Positions 31,770 to 45,778 of a stretch of DNA of 64,000 nucleotides are shown here, in pieces. The notes below the pieces were generated by a model, which did no database searches, was not told where the DNA came from, and saw nothing but the letters and a program-made list of their open reading frames with translations. The stretch is from Eledone cirrhosa. Taxonomy: Eukaryota. The stretch lies in contig OZ024743.1 of the NCBI GenBank assembly GCA_964016885.1, positions 149,048,001 through 149,112,000 on the forward strand, in the 5' to 3' direction. Every line of letters begins with the position of its first letter. Positions within the stretch are counted from its first letter, which is position 1. The position numbers and the translations under genes are program-made.

Positions 31770-34700
31770 CCACCACCAGTAACATCACCTCAACCACCAC
31801 CACCACCAGTAAGATCACCTCAACTACCACAACCACCAGTAACATCACCTCAACTACCACCACCACCAGTAACATCACCTCAACCACCACTACCACCAGT
31901 AACATCACCTCAACTACCACCACCACCAGTAACATCACCTCAACCACCACCACCACCAGTAACATCACCTCAACTACCACCACCACCAGTAACATCACCT
32001 CAACTACCACCACCACCAAGTACATCACCTCAACTACCACCACCACCACTAACATCACCTCAACTACCACCACCACCAGTAACATCACCTCAACTACCAC
32101 CACCACCAAGTACATCACCTCAACTACCACCACCACCACTAACATCACCTCAACTACCACCACCACCAGTAACAACATCACCTCAACCACCACCACCAGT
32201 AACATCACCTCAACCACCACCATCACCAGTAACATCACATCAACTACCACCACCACCAATAACATCACCTCAACTACCACCACCACCAGTAACATCACCC
32301 CAACCACCACCACCACCAGTAACATCACCTAAACTACCACCACCACCAGTAACAACATCACCTCAACTACCGCAACCAGTAACATCACCTCAACTACCAC
32401 CACCACCAGTAACATCACCTCAACTACCACCACCACCAATAACAACATCACCTCAACTACCACCACCACCAGTAACATCAGCTCAACTACCACCACCACC
32501 ACCAGTAACATCACCTCAACTACCACCACCACCAGTAACATCACCTCAACTACCACCACCACCAGTAACATCACCTCAACTACCACCACCACCACCAGTA
32601 ACATCAGCTCAACTACCACCACCACCACCAGTAACATCACCTCAACTACCACCACCACCAGTAACATCACCTCAACTACCACCACCACCAGTAACATCAG
32701 CTCAACTACCACCACCACCACCAGTAACATCACCTCAACTACCACCACCACCAGTAACATCACCTCAACTACCACCACCACCAGTAACATCACCTCAACT
32801 ACCACCACCACCACCAGTAACATCACCTCAACTACCACCACCACCAGTAACATCACCTCAACTACCACCACCACCAGTAACATCACCTCAACTACCACCA
32901 CCACCAGTAACATCACCTCAACTACCACCACCACCAATAACATCACCTAAACTACCACCACCAGTAACATCACCTCAACTACCACCACCACCACCAGTAA
33001 CAACATCACCTTAACTACCACCACCACCACCAGTAACAACATCACCTCAACTAAAACCACCACCAGTAACATCACCTCAACTACCACCACCACTAGTAAC
33101 ATCACCTCAACTACCACCACCACCAGTAACATCACCTCAACTACCACCACCACCAGTAACATCACCTCAACTACCACCACCACCAGTAACATCACCTCAA
33201 CTACCACCACCACCAACAGTAACATCACCTCAACTACCACCTCCACTAGTAACATCACCTCAACTACCACCACCACTAGTAACATCACCTCAACTACCAC
33301 CACCACCAGTAACATCACCTCAACCACCACCATCATCAGTAACATCACCCCAACTAACACCACCACCAGTAACATCACCTCAACTACCACCACCACCTGT
33401 AACATCACCCCAACTACCACCACCACCAGTAACAACATCACCTCAACTACCACGACCACCAGTAACATCCCCTCAACTACCAACACCACCATTAACATCA
33501 CCTCAACTACCGCCACCACCTGTAACATCACCCCAACTACCACCACCACCAGTAACAACATCACCTCAACTACCACCACCACCTGTAACATCACCCCAAG
33601 TACCACCACCACCAGTAACATCACCTCATTTACCACCACCACCAGTAACATCACCTCAACTACCACCACCACCAGTAACAACATCACCTCAACTACCACC
33701 ACCACCAGTAACTTCACCTCAACTACCACCACAACCAGTAACATCACCTCAACTACCACCACCACCAGTAACATCACCTCAACTACCACCACCGGTAACA
33801 ACACCTCATCCACCACCACCACCAGTAACAACACCTCATCCACCACCACCACCAGTAACATCACCTCAACTACCACCACCACCAGTAACATCACCTCAAC
33901 TACCACCACCACCAGTAACAACACCTCATCCACCACCACCACCAGTAACATCACCTCATTTACCACCACCACCAGTAACATCACCTCAACTACCACCACC
34001 GCCAGTAACAACATCACCTCAACTACCACCACCACCAGTAACATCACCTCAACTACCACCACCACCACCAGCAACATCACCTCAACTACCACCACCACCA
34101 GTAACATCACCTCAACTACCACCACCACCAGTAACATCACCTCAACCACCACCACCACCAGTAACATCACCTCAACTACCACCACCACCAGTAACATCAC
34201 CTCAACTACCACCACCACCAGTAACATCACCTCAACCACCAACACCACCAGTAACATCACCCCAACTACCACCACCACCAGTAACATCACCTCGACTACC
34301 ACCACCACTACCAGTAAAAACATCACCTAAACTACCAACACAACCAGTAACATCACCCCAACTACCACCACCACCAGTAGCAACACCTCAACTACCACCA
34401 CCACCAGTAACATCACCTCCACTACCACCACCAGTAACATCACCTCAACTACCACCACCAGTAACATCACCTCAACTACCACCACCACCAGTAACATCAC
34501 CTCAACTACCACCACCACCAGTAATATCACCTCAACTACCACCACCACCAGTAACAACACCTCAACTACCACCACCACCAGTAACATCACCTCAACTACC
34601 ACCACCACTAGTAACATCACCTCAACTACTACCACCACCACCAGTAACAACACCTCAACTACCACCACCACCAGTAACAACATCACCTCAACCGCCACCA

Positions 34701-37700
34701 CCACCAGTAATATCACCTCAACTACCACCACCACCAGTAACACCACCTCAACTACAACCACCACCAGTAACAACACCTCAACTACCACCACCACCACCAG
34801 TAACATCACCTCAACTACCACCACCACCAGTAACAACACCTCAACTACCACCACCAGTAACATCACCTCAACAACCACCACCAGTAACATCACCTCAACT
34901 ACCACCACCACCAGTAACATCACCTCAACTACCACCACCACCAGTAACAACATCACCTCAACCGCCACCACCACCAGTAATATCACCTCAACTACCACCA
35001 CTACCAGTAACAACACCTCAACTACCACCAGTAACATCACCTCAACTACCACCACCACCAGTAACAACACCTCAACTACCACCACCAGTAACATCACCTC
35101 AACTACCACCACCACCAGTAACATCACCTCAATTACCACCACCACCAGTAACAACACCTCAACTACCACCACCAGTAACATCACCTCAACTACCACCACC
35201 ACCAGTAACATCACCTCAACTACCAACACCAGTAACATCACCTCAATTACCACCACCACCAGTAACAACACCTCAACTACCACCACCAGTAACATCACCT
35301 CAATTACCACCACCACCAGTAACAACACCTCAACTACCACCACCAGTAACATCACCTCAACTACCACCACCAGTAACATCACCTCAACTACCACCACCAC
35401 CAGTAACAACGCCTCAACTACCACCACCAGTAACATCACCTCAACTACCACCACCACCAGTAACATCACCTCAACTACCACCACCACCAGTAACATCACC
35501 TCAACTACCACCACCACCAGTAACAACACCTCATCCACCACCACCACCAGTAACATCACCTCAACCACCACCACCACCAGTAATATCACCTCAATTACCA
35601 CCACCACCAGTAACAACACCTCAACTACCACCACCAGTAACATCACCTCAACTACCACCACCAGTAACATCACCTCAACTACCACAACCACCAGTAACAT
35701 CACCTCAACTACCACCACCACCAGTAACAACACCTCATCCACCACCACCACCAGTAACATCACCTCAACCACCACCACCAACAGTAACATCACTTCAACT
35801 ACCACCACCACCAGTAACAATACCTCAACTACCACCACCACCAGTAACATCACCTCAACTACCACCACCACCAGTAACATCACCTCCACTACCACCACCA
35901 CCAGTAACATCACCTCAACTACCACCACCACCAGTAACATCACCTCCACTACCACCACCACCAGTAACATCACCTCAACTACCACCACCATCAGTAACAT
36001 CACCTCAACTACCACCACCACCAGTAACAACATCTCAACTACCACCACCACCAGTAACATCACCTCAACTACCACCACCACCACCAGTAACATCACTTCA
36101 ACTACCACCACCACCAGTAACAACACCTCAACTACCACCACCACCAGTAACATCACCTCAACTACCACCACCACCAGTAACATCACCTCCACTACCACCA
36201 CCACCAGTAACATCACCTCAACTACCACCACCACCAGTAACATCACCTCAACTACCACCACCACCAGTAACATCACCTCAACTACCACCACCACCAGTAA
36301 CAACATCTCAACTACCACCACCACCAGTAACATCACCTCAACTACCACCACCACCAGTAACAACACCTCAACTACCACCACCATCAGTAACATCACCTCA
36401 ACTACCACCACCACCAGTAACAACACCTCAACTACCACCACCACCAGTAACAACATCTCAACTACCACCACCACCAGTAACATCACCTCAACTACCACCA
36501 CCACCAGTAACATCACCTCAACTACCCCCACGACAAGTAACATCACCTCAACCACCACCACCACCAGTAACATCACCTCAACTACCACCACCACCAGTAA
36601 CAACATCACCTCAACTACCACCACCACTGGTAACATCACCTCAACTACCACCACCACCAGTAACATCACCTCAAATACCACCACCACCAGTAACATCACC
36701 TCAACCACCACCACCACCAGTAAGATCACCTCAACTACCACAACCACCAGTAACATCACCTCAACTACCACCACCACCAGTAACATCACCTCAACCACCA
36801 CTACCACCAGTAACATCACCTCAACTACCACCACCACCAGTAACATCACCTCAACCACCACCACCACCAGTAACATCACCTCAACTACCACCACCACCAG
36901 TAACATCACCTCAACTACCACCACCACCAAGTACATCACCTCAACTACCACCACCACCACTAACATCACCTCAACTACCACCACCACCAGTAACATCACC
37001 TCAACTACCACCACCACCAAGTACATCACCTCAACTACCACCACCACCACTAACATCACCTCAACTACCACCACCACCAGTAACAACATCACCTCAACCA
37101 CCACCACCAGTAACATCACCTCAACCACCACCATCACCAGTAACATCACCTCAACTACCACCACCACCAATAACATCACCTCAACTACCACCACCACCAG
37201 TAACATCACCCCAACCACCACCACCACCAGTAACATCACCTAAACTACCACCACCACCAGTAACAACATCACCTCAACTACCGCAACCAGTAACATCACC
37301 TCAACTACCACCACCACCAGTAACATCACCTCAACTACCACCACCACCAGTAACAACATCACCTCAACTACCACCACCACCAGTAACATCAGCTCAACTA
37401 CCACCACCACCACCAGTAACATCACCTCAACTACCACCACCACCAGTAACATCACCTCAACTACCACCACCACCAGTAACATCACCTCAACTACCACCAC
37501 CACCACCAGTAACATCACCTCAACTACCACCACCACCAGTAACATCACCTCAACTACCACCACCACCAGTAACATCACCTCAACTACCACCACCACCAGT
37601 AACATCACCTCAACTACCACCACCACCAATAACATCACCTAAACTACCACCACCAGTAACATCACCTCAACTACCACCACCACCACCAGTAACAACATCA

Positions 37701-40560
37701 CCTCAACTAAAACCACCACCAGTAACATCACCTCAACTACCACCACCACTAGTAACATCACCTCAACTACCACCACCACCAGTAACATCACCTCAACTAC
37801 CACCACCAACAGTAACATCACCTCAACTACCACCACCACTAGTAACATCACCTCAACTACCACCACCACCAGTAACATCACCTCAACCACCACCATCATC
37901 AGTAACATCACCCCAACTAACACCACCACCAGTAACATCACCTCAACTACCACCACCACCTGTAACATCACCCCAACTACCACCACCACCAGTAACAACA
38001 TCACCTCAACTACCACGACCACCAGTAACATCCCCTCAACTACCAACACCACCATTAACATCACCTCAACTACCGCCACCACCTGTAACATCACCCCAAG
38101 TACCACCACCACCAGTAACATCACCTCATTTACCACCACCACAAGTAACATCACCTCAACTACCACCACCACCAGTAACAACATCACCTCAACTACCACC
38201 ACCACCAGTAACTTCACCTCAACTACCACCACAACCAGTAACATCACCTCAACTACCACCACCACCAGTAACATCACCTCAACTACCACCACCGGTAACA
38301 ACACCTCATCCACCACCACCACCAGTAACAACACCTCATCCACCACCACCACCAGTAACATCACCTCAACTACCACCACCACCAGTAACATCACCTCAAC
38401 TACCACCACCACCAGTAACAACACCTCATCCACCACCACCACCAGTAACATCACCTCATTTACCACCACCACCAGTAACATCACCTCAACTACCACCACC
38501 GCCAGTAACAACATCACCTCAACTACCACCACCACCAGTAACAACACCTCAACTACCACCACCACCAGTAACATCACCTCTACCACCACCACCACCAGTA
38601 ACATCACCTCAACTACCACCACCACCAGTAACATCACCTCAACTACCACCACCACCAGTAACATCACCTCAACCACCAACACCACCAGTAACATCACCCC
38701 AACTACCACCACCACCAGTAACATCACCTCGACTACCACCACCACTACCAGTAAAAACATCACCTAAACTACCAACACAACCAGTAACATCACCCCAACT
38801 ACCACCACCACCAGTAGCAACACCTCAACTACCACCACCACCAGTAACATCACCTCCACTACCACCACCAGTAACATCACCTCAACTACCACCACCAGTA
38901 ACATCACCTCAACTACCACCACCACCAGTAACATCACCTCAACTACCACCACCACCAGTAATATCACCTCAACTACCACCACCACCAGTAACAACACCTC
39001 AACTACCACCACCACCAGTAACATCACCTCAACTACCACCACCACTAGTAACATCACCTCAACTACTACCACCACCACCAGTAACAACACCTCAACTACC
39101 ACCACCACCAGTAACAACATCACCTCAACCGCCACCACCACCAGTAATATCACCTCAACTACCACCACCACCAGTAACACCACCTCAACTACAACCACCA
39201 CCAGTAACAACACCTCAACTACCACCACCACCACCAGTAACATCACCTCAACTACCACCACCACCAGTAACAACACCTCAACTACCACCACCAGTAACAT
39301 CACCTCAACAACCACCACCAGTAACATCACCTCAACTACCACCACCACCAGTAACATCACCTCAACTACCACCACCACCAGTAACAACATCACCTCAACC
39401 GCCACCACCACCAGTAATATCACCTCAACTACCACCACTACCAGTAACAACACCTCAACTACCACCAGTAACATCACCTCAACTACCACCACCACCAGTA
39501 ACAACACCTCAACTACCACCACCAGTAACATCACCTCAACTACCACCACCACCAGTAACATCACCTCAATTACCACCACCACCAGTAACAACACCTCAAC
39601 TACCACCACCAGTAACATCACCTCAACTACCACCACCACCAGTAACATCACCTCAACTACCAACACCAGTAACATCACCTCAATTACCACCACCACCAGT
39701 AACAACACCTCAACTACCACCACCAGTAACATCACCTCAACTACCACCACCAGTAACATCACCTCAACTACCACCACCACCAGTAACAACGCCTCAACTA
39801 CCACCACCACCAGTAACATCACCTCAACTACCACCACCAGTAACATCACCTCAATTACCACCACCACCAGTAACAACACCTCAACTACCACCACCAGTAA
39901 CATCACCTCAACTACCACCACCAGTAACATCACCTCAACTACCACCACCACCAGTAACATCACCTCAACTACCACCACCACCAGTAACATCACCTCAACT
40001 ACCACCACCACCAGTAACAACACCTCATCCACCACCACCACCAGTAACATCACCTCAACCACCACCACCACCAGTAATATCACCTCAATTACCACCACCA
40101 CCAGTAACAACACCTCAACTACCACCACCAGTAACATCACCTCAACTACCACCACCAGTAACATCACCTCAACTACCACAACCACCAGTAACATCACCTC
40201 AACTACCACCACCACCAGTAACAACACCTCATCCACCACCACCACCAGTAACATCACCTCAACCACCACCACCAACAGTAACATCACTTCAACTACCACC
40301 ACCACCAGTAACAATACCTCAACTACCACCACCACCAGTAACATCACCTCAACTACCACCACCACCAGTAACATCACCTCCACTACCACCACCACCAGTA
40401 ACATCACCTCAACTACCACCACCACCAGTAACATCACCTCCACTACCACCACCACCAGTAACATCACCTCAACTACCACCACCACCAGTAACATCACCTC
40501 AACTACCACCACCACCAGTAACAACATCTCAACTACCACCACCACCAGTAACATCACCTC
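31770..40560 (+). repeat. Higher-order tandem duplication of ~4.4-4.9 kb with internal deletions in the second copy
   Basis: Marker order is conserved: AAGATC 31811/36722 (+4911), TAA 32330/37241 (+4911), TAA 32948/37640 (+4692), TAA 34328/38765 (+4437). AAGTAC, ACCGCAACC, TCATTT, AACTTC and AGTAGC variants are shared. Confidence 0.92.
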
Positions 40561-41992
40561 AACTACCCCCACCACCAGTAACATCACCTCAACTACCAAC
40601 ACCACCAGTAACATCACCTCAACTACCACCACCACCAGTAACATCACCTCCACTACCACCACCACCAGTAACAACATCACCTCAACCACCACCATCACCA
40701 GTAACATCACCTCAACCACCACCACCACCAGTAACATCACCTCATCCACCACCACCACCAGTAACAACATCACCTCAACCACCACCACCACCAGTAACAT
40801 CACCTCAACCACCACCACCACCAGTAACATCACCTCAACCACCACCGCCACCAGTAACATCACCTCAAATACCACCACCACCAGTAACATCACCTCAACT
40901 TCCACCACCACCAGTAACATCACCTCAACTACCACCACCACCAGTAACTTCACCTCAACTACCACCACCACCAGTAACAACACCTCAGCTACCACCACCA
41001 CCAGTAACATCACCTCAACTACCACCACCAGTAACATCACCTCAACTACCACCACCACCAGTAACATCACCTCAACTACCACCACCACCAGTAACATCAC
41101 CTCAACTACCACCACCACCAGTAACATCACCTCAACTACCACCACCAGTAACATCACCTCAACTACCACCACCATCAGTAACATCACCTCAACTACCACC
41201 ACCACCAGTAACATCACCTCAACTGCCACCACCACCAGTAACATCACCTCAACTACCACCACCACCAGTAACAACATCACCTCAACTACCACCACCACCA
41301 GTAACATCACCTCAACTACCACCACCAGTAACATCACCTCAACTACCACCACCACCAGTAACATCACCTCAACTACCACCACCAGTAACATCAACTCAAC
41401 TACCACCACCACCAGTAACATCAACTCAACTACCACCACCACCAGTAACATCAGCTCAACTACCACTACCACCTGTAACATCACCTCAACTACCACCACC
41501 ACCAGTAACATCACCTCAACTACCACCACCACCAATAACATCACCTCAACCACCACCACCAACAGTAACATCACTTCAACTACCACCACCACCAGTAACA
41601 ATACCTCAACTACCACCACCACCAGTAACATCACCTCAACTACCACCACCACCAGTAACATCACCTCCACTACCACCACCACCAGTAACATCACCTCAAC
41701 TACCACCACCACCAGTAACATCACCTCCACTACCACCACCACCAGTAACATCACCTCAACTACCACCACCACCAGTAACATCACCTCAACTACCACCACC
41801 ACCAGTAACAACATCTCAACTACCACCACCACCAGTAACATCACCTCAACTACCACCACCACCACCAGTAACATCACTTCAACTACCACCACCACCAGTA
41901 ACAACACCTCAACTACCACCACCACCAGTAACATCACCTCAACTACCACCACCACCAGTAACATCACCTCCACTACCACCACCACCAGTAAC

Positions 41993-44900
41993 ATGACCTC
42001 AACTACCACCACCACCAGTAACATCACCTCAACTACCACCACCACCAGTAACATCACCTCAACTACCACCACCACCAGTAACAACATCTCAACTACCACC
42101 ACCACCAGTAACATCACCTCAACTACCACCACCACCAGTAACAACACCTCAACTACCACCACCATCAGTAACATCACCTCAACTACCACCACCACCAGTA
42201 ACAACACCTCAACTACCACCACCACCAGTAACAACATCTCAACTACCACCACCACCAGTAACATCACCTCAACTACCACCACCACCAGTAACATCACCTC
42301 AACTACCCCCACGACAAGTAACATCACCTCAACCACCACCACCACCAGTAACATCACCTCAACTACCACCACCACCAGTAACAACATCACCTCAACTACC
42401 ACCACCACTGGTAACATCACCTCAACTACCACCACCACCAGTAACATCACCTCAACTACCACCACCACCAGTAACATCACCTCAACTACCACCACCACCA
42501 GTAACAACATCACCTCAACTACCACCACCACCAGTAACATCACCTCAACTCCCACCATCACCAATAACATCACCTCAACCACCACCACCACCAGTAACAT
42601 CACCTCAACCACCACCACCAGTAACAACATCACCTCAACCACCACCATCACCAGTAACATCACCTCAACCACCACCACCACCAGTAACATCACCTCATCC
42701 ACCACCACCACCAGTAACAACATCACCTCAACCACCACCACCATCAGTAACATCACCTCAACTACCACCACCACCAGTAACAACACCTCAACTACCACCA
42801 CCACCAGTAACAACATCTCAACTACCACCACCACCAGTAACATCACCTCAACTACCACCACCACCAGTAACATCACCTCAACTACCCCCACGACAAGTAA
42901 CATCACCTCAACCACCACCACCACCAGTAACATCACCTCAACTACCACCACCACCAGTAACAACATCACCTCAACTACCACCACCACTGGTAACATCACC
43001 TCAACTACCACCACCACCAGTAACATCACCTCAACTACCACCACCACCAGTAACATCACCTCAACTACCACCACCACCAGTAACAACATCACCTCAACTA
43101 CCACCACCACCAGTAACATCACCTCAACTCCCACCATCACCAATAACATCACCTCAACCACCACCACCACCAGTAACATCACCTCAACCACCACCACCAG
43201 TAACAACATCACCTCAACCACCACCATCACCAGTAACATCACCTCAACCACCACCACCACCAGTAACATCACCTCATCCACCACCACCACCAGTAACAAC
43301 ATCACCTCAACCACCACCACCATCAGTAACATCACCTCAACTACCACCACCACCAGTAACAACACCTCAACTACCACCACCACCAGTAACAACATCTCAA
43401 CTACCACCACCACCAGTAACATCACCTCAACTACCACCACCACCAGTAACATCACCTCAACTACCCCCACGACAAGTAACATCACCTTAACCACCACCAC
43501 CACCAGTAACATCACCTCAACTACCACCACCACCAGTAACAACATCACCTCAACTACCACCACCACTGGTAACATCACCTCAACTACCACCACCACCAGT
43601 AACAACATCACCTCAATTACCACCACCACCAGTAACATCACCTCAACTACCACCACCACCAGTAACATCACCCCAACTACTACCACCACCAGTAACATCA
43701 CCTCAACTACCACCACCACCATTAACATCACCTCAACTACCACCACCACCAGTAACATCACCTCCACTACCACCACCACCAGTAACAACATCACCTCAAC
43801 CACCACCATCACCAGTAACATCACCTCAACCACCACCACCACCAGTAACATCACCTCATCCACCACCACCACCAGTAACAACATCACCTCAACCACCACC
43901 ACCACCAGTAACATCACCTCAACCACCACCACCACCAGTAACATCACCTCAACCACCACCGCCACCAGTAACATCACCTCAAATACCACCACCACCAGTA
44001 ACATCACCTCAACTTCCACCACCACCAGTAACATCACCTCAACTACCACCACCACCAGTAACTTCACCTCAACTACCACCACCACCAGTAACAACACCTC
44101 AACTACCACCACCACCAGTAACATCACCTCAACTACCACCACCAGTAACATCACCTCAACTACCACCACCACCAGTAACATCACCTCAACTACCACCACC
44201 ACCAGTAACATCACCTCAACTACCACCACCACCAGTAACATCACCTCAACTACCACCACCAGTAACATCACCTCAACTACCACCACCATCAGTAACATCA
44301 CCTCAACTACCACCACCCCCAGTAACATCACCTCAACTGCCACCACCACCAGTAACATCACCTCAACTACCACCACCACCAGTAACAACATCACCTCAAC
44401 TACCACCACCACCAGTAACATCACCTCAACTACCACCACCAGTAACATCACCTCAACTACCACCACCACCAGTAACATCACCTCAACTACCACCACCAGT
44501 AACATCAACTCAACTACCACCACCACCAGTAACATCAACTCAACTACCACCACCACCAGTAACATCAGCTCAACTACCACTACCACCAGTAACATCACCT
44601 CAACTACCACCACCACCAGTAACATCACCTCAACTACCACCACCACCAATAACATCACCTCAACTACCACCACCACCAATAACATCAACTCAACTACCAC
44701 CACCACCAGTAACATCACCTCAACTACCACCACCACCAGTAACATCAGCTCAACTACCACCACCACCAGTAACATCACCTTAACTACCACCACCACCAGT
44801 AACATCACCTCAACTACCACCACCACCAATAACATCACCTCAACTACCACCACCACCAGTAACATCACCCCAACTACCACCACCACCACCAGTAACATCA

Positions 44901-45778
44901 CCTCAACTACCACCACCACCAGTAACAACACCTCATCCACCACCACCACCAGTAACATCACCTCAACCACCACCACCAACAGTAACATCACTTCAACTAC
45001 CACCACCACCAGTAACAATACCTCAACTACCACCACCACCAGTAACATCACCTCAACTACCACCACCACCAGTAACATCACCTCCACTACCACCACCACC
45101 AGTAACATCACCTCAACTACCACCACCACCAGTAACATCACCTCCACTACCACCACCACCAGTAACATCACCTCAACTACCACCACCACCAGTAACATCA
45201 CCTCAACTACCACCACCACCAGTAACAACATCTCAACTACCACCACCACCAGTAACATCACCTCAACTACCACCACGACCACCAGTAACATCACTTTAAC
45301 TACCACCACCACCAGTAACAACACCTCAACTACCACCACCACCAGTAACATCACCTCAACTACCACCACCACCAGTAACATCACCTCCACTACCACCACC
45401 ACCAGTAACATCACCTCAACTACCACCACCACCAGTAACATCACCTCAACTACCACCACCACCAGTAACATCACCTCAACTACCACCACCACCAGTAACA
45501 ACATCTCAACTACCACCACCACCAGTAACATCACCTCAACTACCACCACCACCAGTAACAACACCTCAACTACCACCACCATCAGTAACATCACCTCAAC
45601 TACCACCACCACCAGTAACAACACCTCAACTACCACCACCACCAGTAACAACATCTCAACTACCCCCACCACCAGTAACATCACCTCAACTACCACCACC
45701 ACCAGTAACATCACCTCAACTACCCCCACGACAAGTAACATCACCTCAACCACCACCACCACCAGTAACATCACCTGA
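41993..45778 (+). CDS. Doubtful mucin-like Thr/Ser-rich ORF, (SNITSTTTTT)n, 1261 aa; the frame is stop-free from ~38768
   Basis: ORF track. Composition resembles a mucin PTS domain with an N-X-T sequon per unit, but the ATG is only an ATC>ATG monomer variant, the stop is a TCA>TGA variant, and there is no signal peptide or non-repeat domain. Confidence 0.12.
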   Translation: MTSTTTTTSNITSTTTTTSNITSTTTTTSNNISTTTTTSNITSTTTTTSNNTSTTTTISNITSTTTTTSNNTSTTTTTSNNISTTTTTSNITSTTTTTSNITSTTPTTSNITSTTTTTSNITSTTTTTSNNITSTTTTTGNITSTTTTTSNITSTTTTTSNITSTTTTTSNNITSTTTTTSNITSTPTITNNITSTTTTTSNITSTTTTSNNITSTTTITSNITSTTTTTSNITSSTTTTSNNITSTTTTISNITSTTTTTSNNTSTTTTTSNNISTTTTTSNITSTTTTTSNITSTTPTTSNITSTTTTTSNITSTTTTTSNNITSTTTTTGNITSTTTTTSNITSTTTTTSNITSTTTTTSNNITSTTTTTSNITSTPTITNNITSTTTTTSNITSTTTTSNNITSTTTITSNITSTTTTTSNITSSTTTTSNNITSTTTTISNITSTTTTTSNNTSTTTTTSNNISTTTTTSNITSTTTTTSNITSTTPTTSNITLTTTTTSNITSTTTTTSNNITSTTTTTGNITSTTTTTSNNITSITTTTSNITSTTTTTSNITPTTTTTSNITSTTTTTINITSTTTTTSNITSTTTTTSNNITSTTTITSNITSTTTTTSNITSSTTTTSNNITSTTTTTSNITSTTTTTSNITSTTTATSNITSNTTTTSNITSTSTTTSNITSTTTTTSNFTSTTTTTSNNTSTTTTTSNITSTTTTSNITSTTTTTSNITSTTTTTSNITSTTTTTSNITSTTTTSNITSTTTTISNITSTTTTPSNITSTATTTSNITSTTTTTSNNITSTTTTTSNITSTTTTSNITSTTTTTSNITSTTTTSNINSTTTTTSNINSTTTTTSNISSTTTTTSNITSTTTTTSNITSTTTTTNNITSTTTTTNNINSTTTTTSNITSTTTTTSNISSTTTTTSNITLTTTTTSNITSTTTTTNNITSTTTTTSNITPTTTTTTSNITSTTTTTSNNTSSTTTTSNITSTTTTNSNITSTTTTTSNNTSTTTTTSNITSTTTTTSNITSTTTTTSNITSTTTTTSNITSTTTTTSNITSTTTTTSNITSTTTTTSNNISTTTTTSNITSTTTTTTSNITLTTTTTSNNTSTTTTTSNITSTTTTTSNITSTTTTTSNITSTTTTTSNITSTTTTTSNITSTTTTTSNNISTTTTTSNITSTTTTTSNNTSTTTTISNITSTTTTTSNNTSTTTTTSNNISTTPTTSNITSTTTTTSNITSTTPTTSNITSTTTTTSNIT
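42140..43610 (+). repeat. 579-bp higher-order repeat, ~2.5 copies
   Basis: TACCCCCACGACAAG at 42304, 42883 and 43462; ACTGGT variant with G at 42410, 42989 and 43568. Confidence 0.92.
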
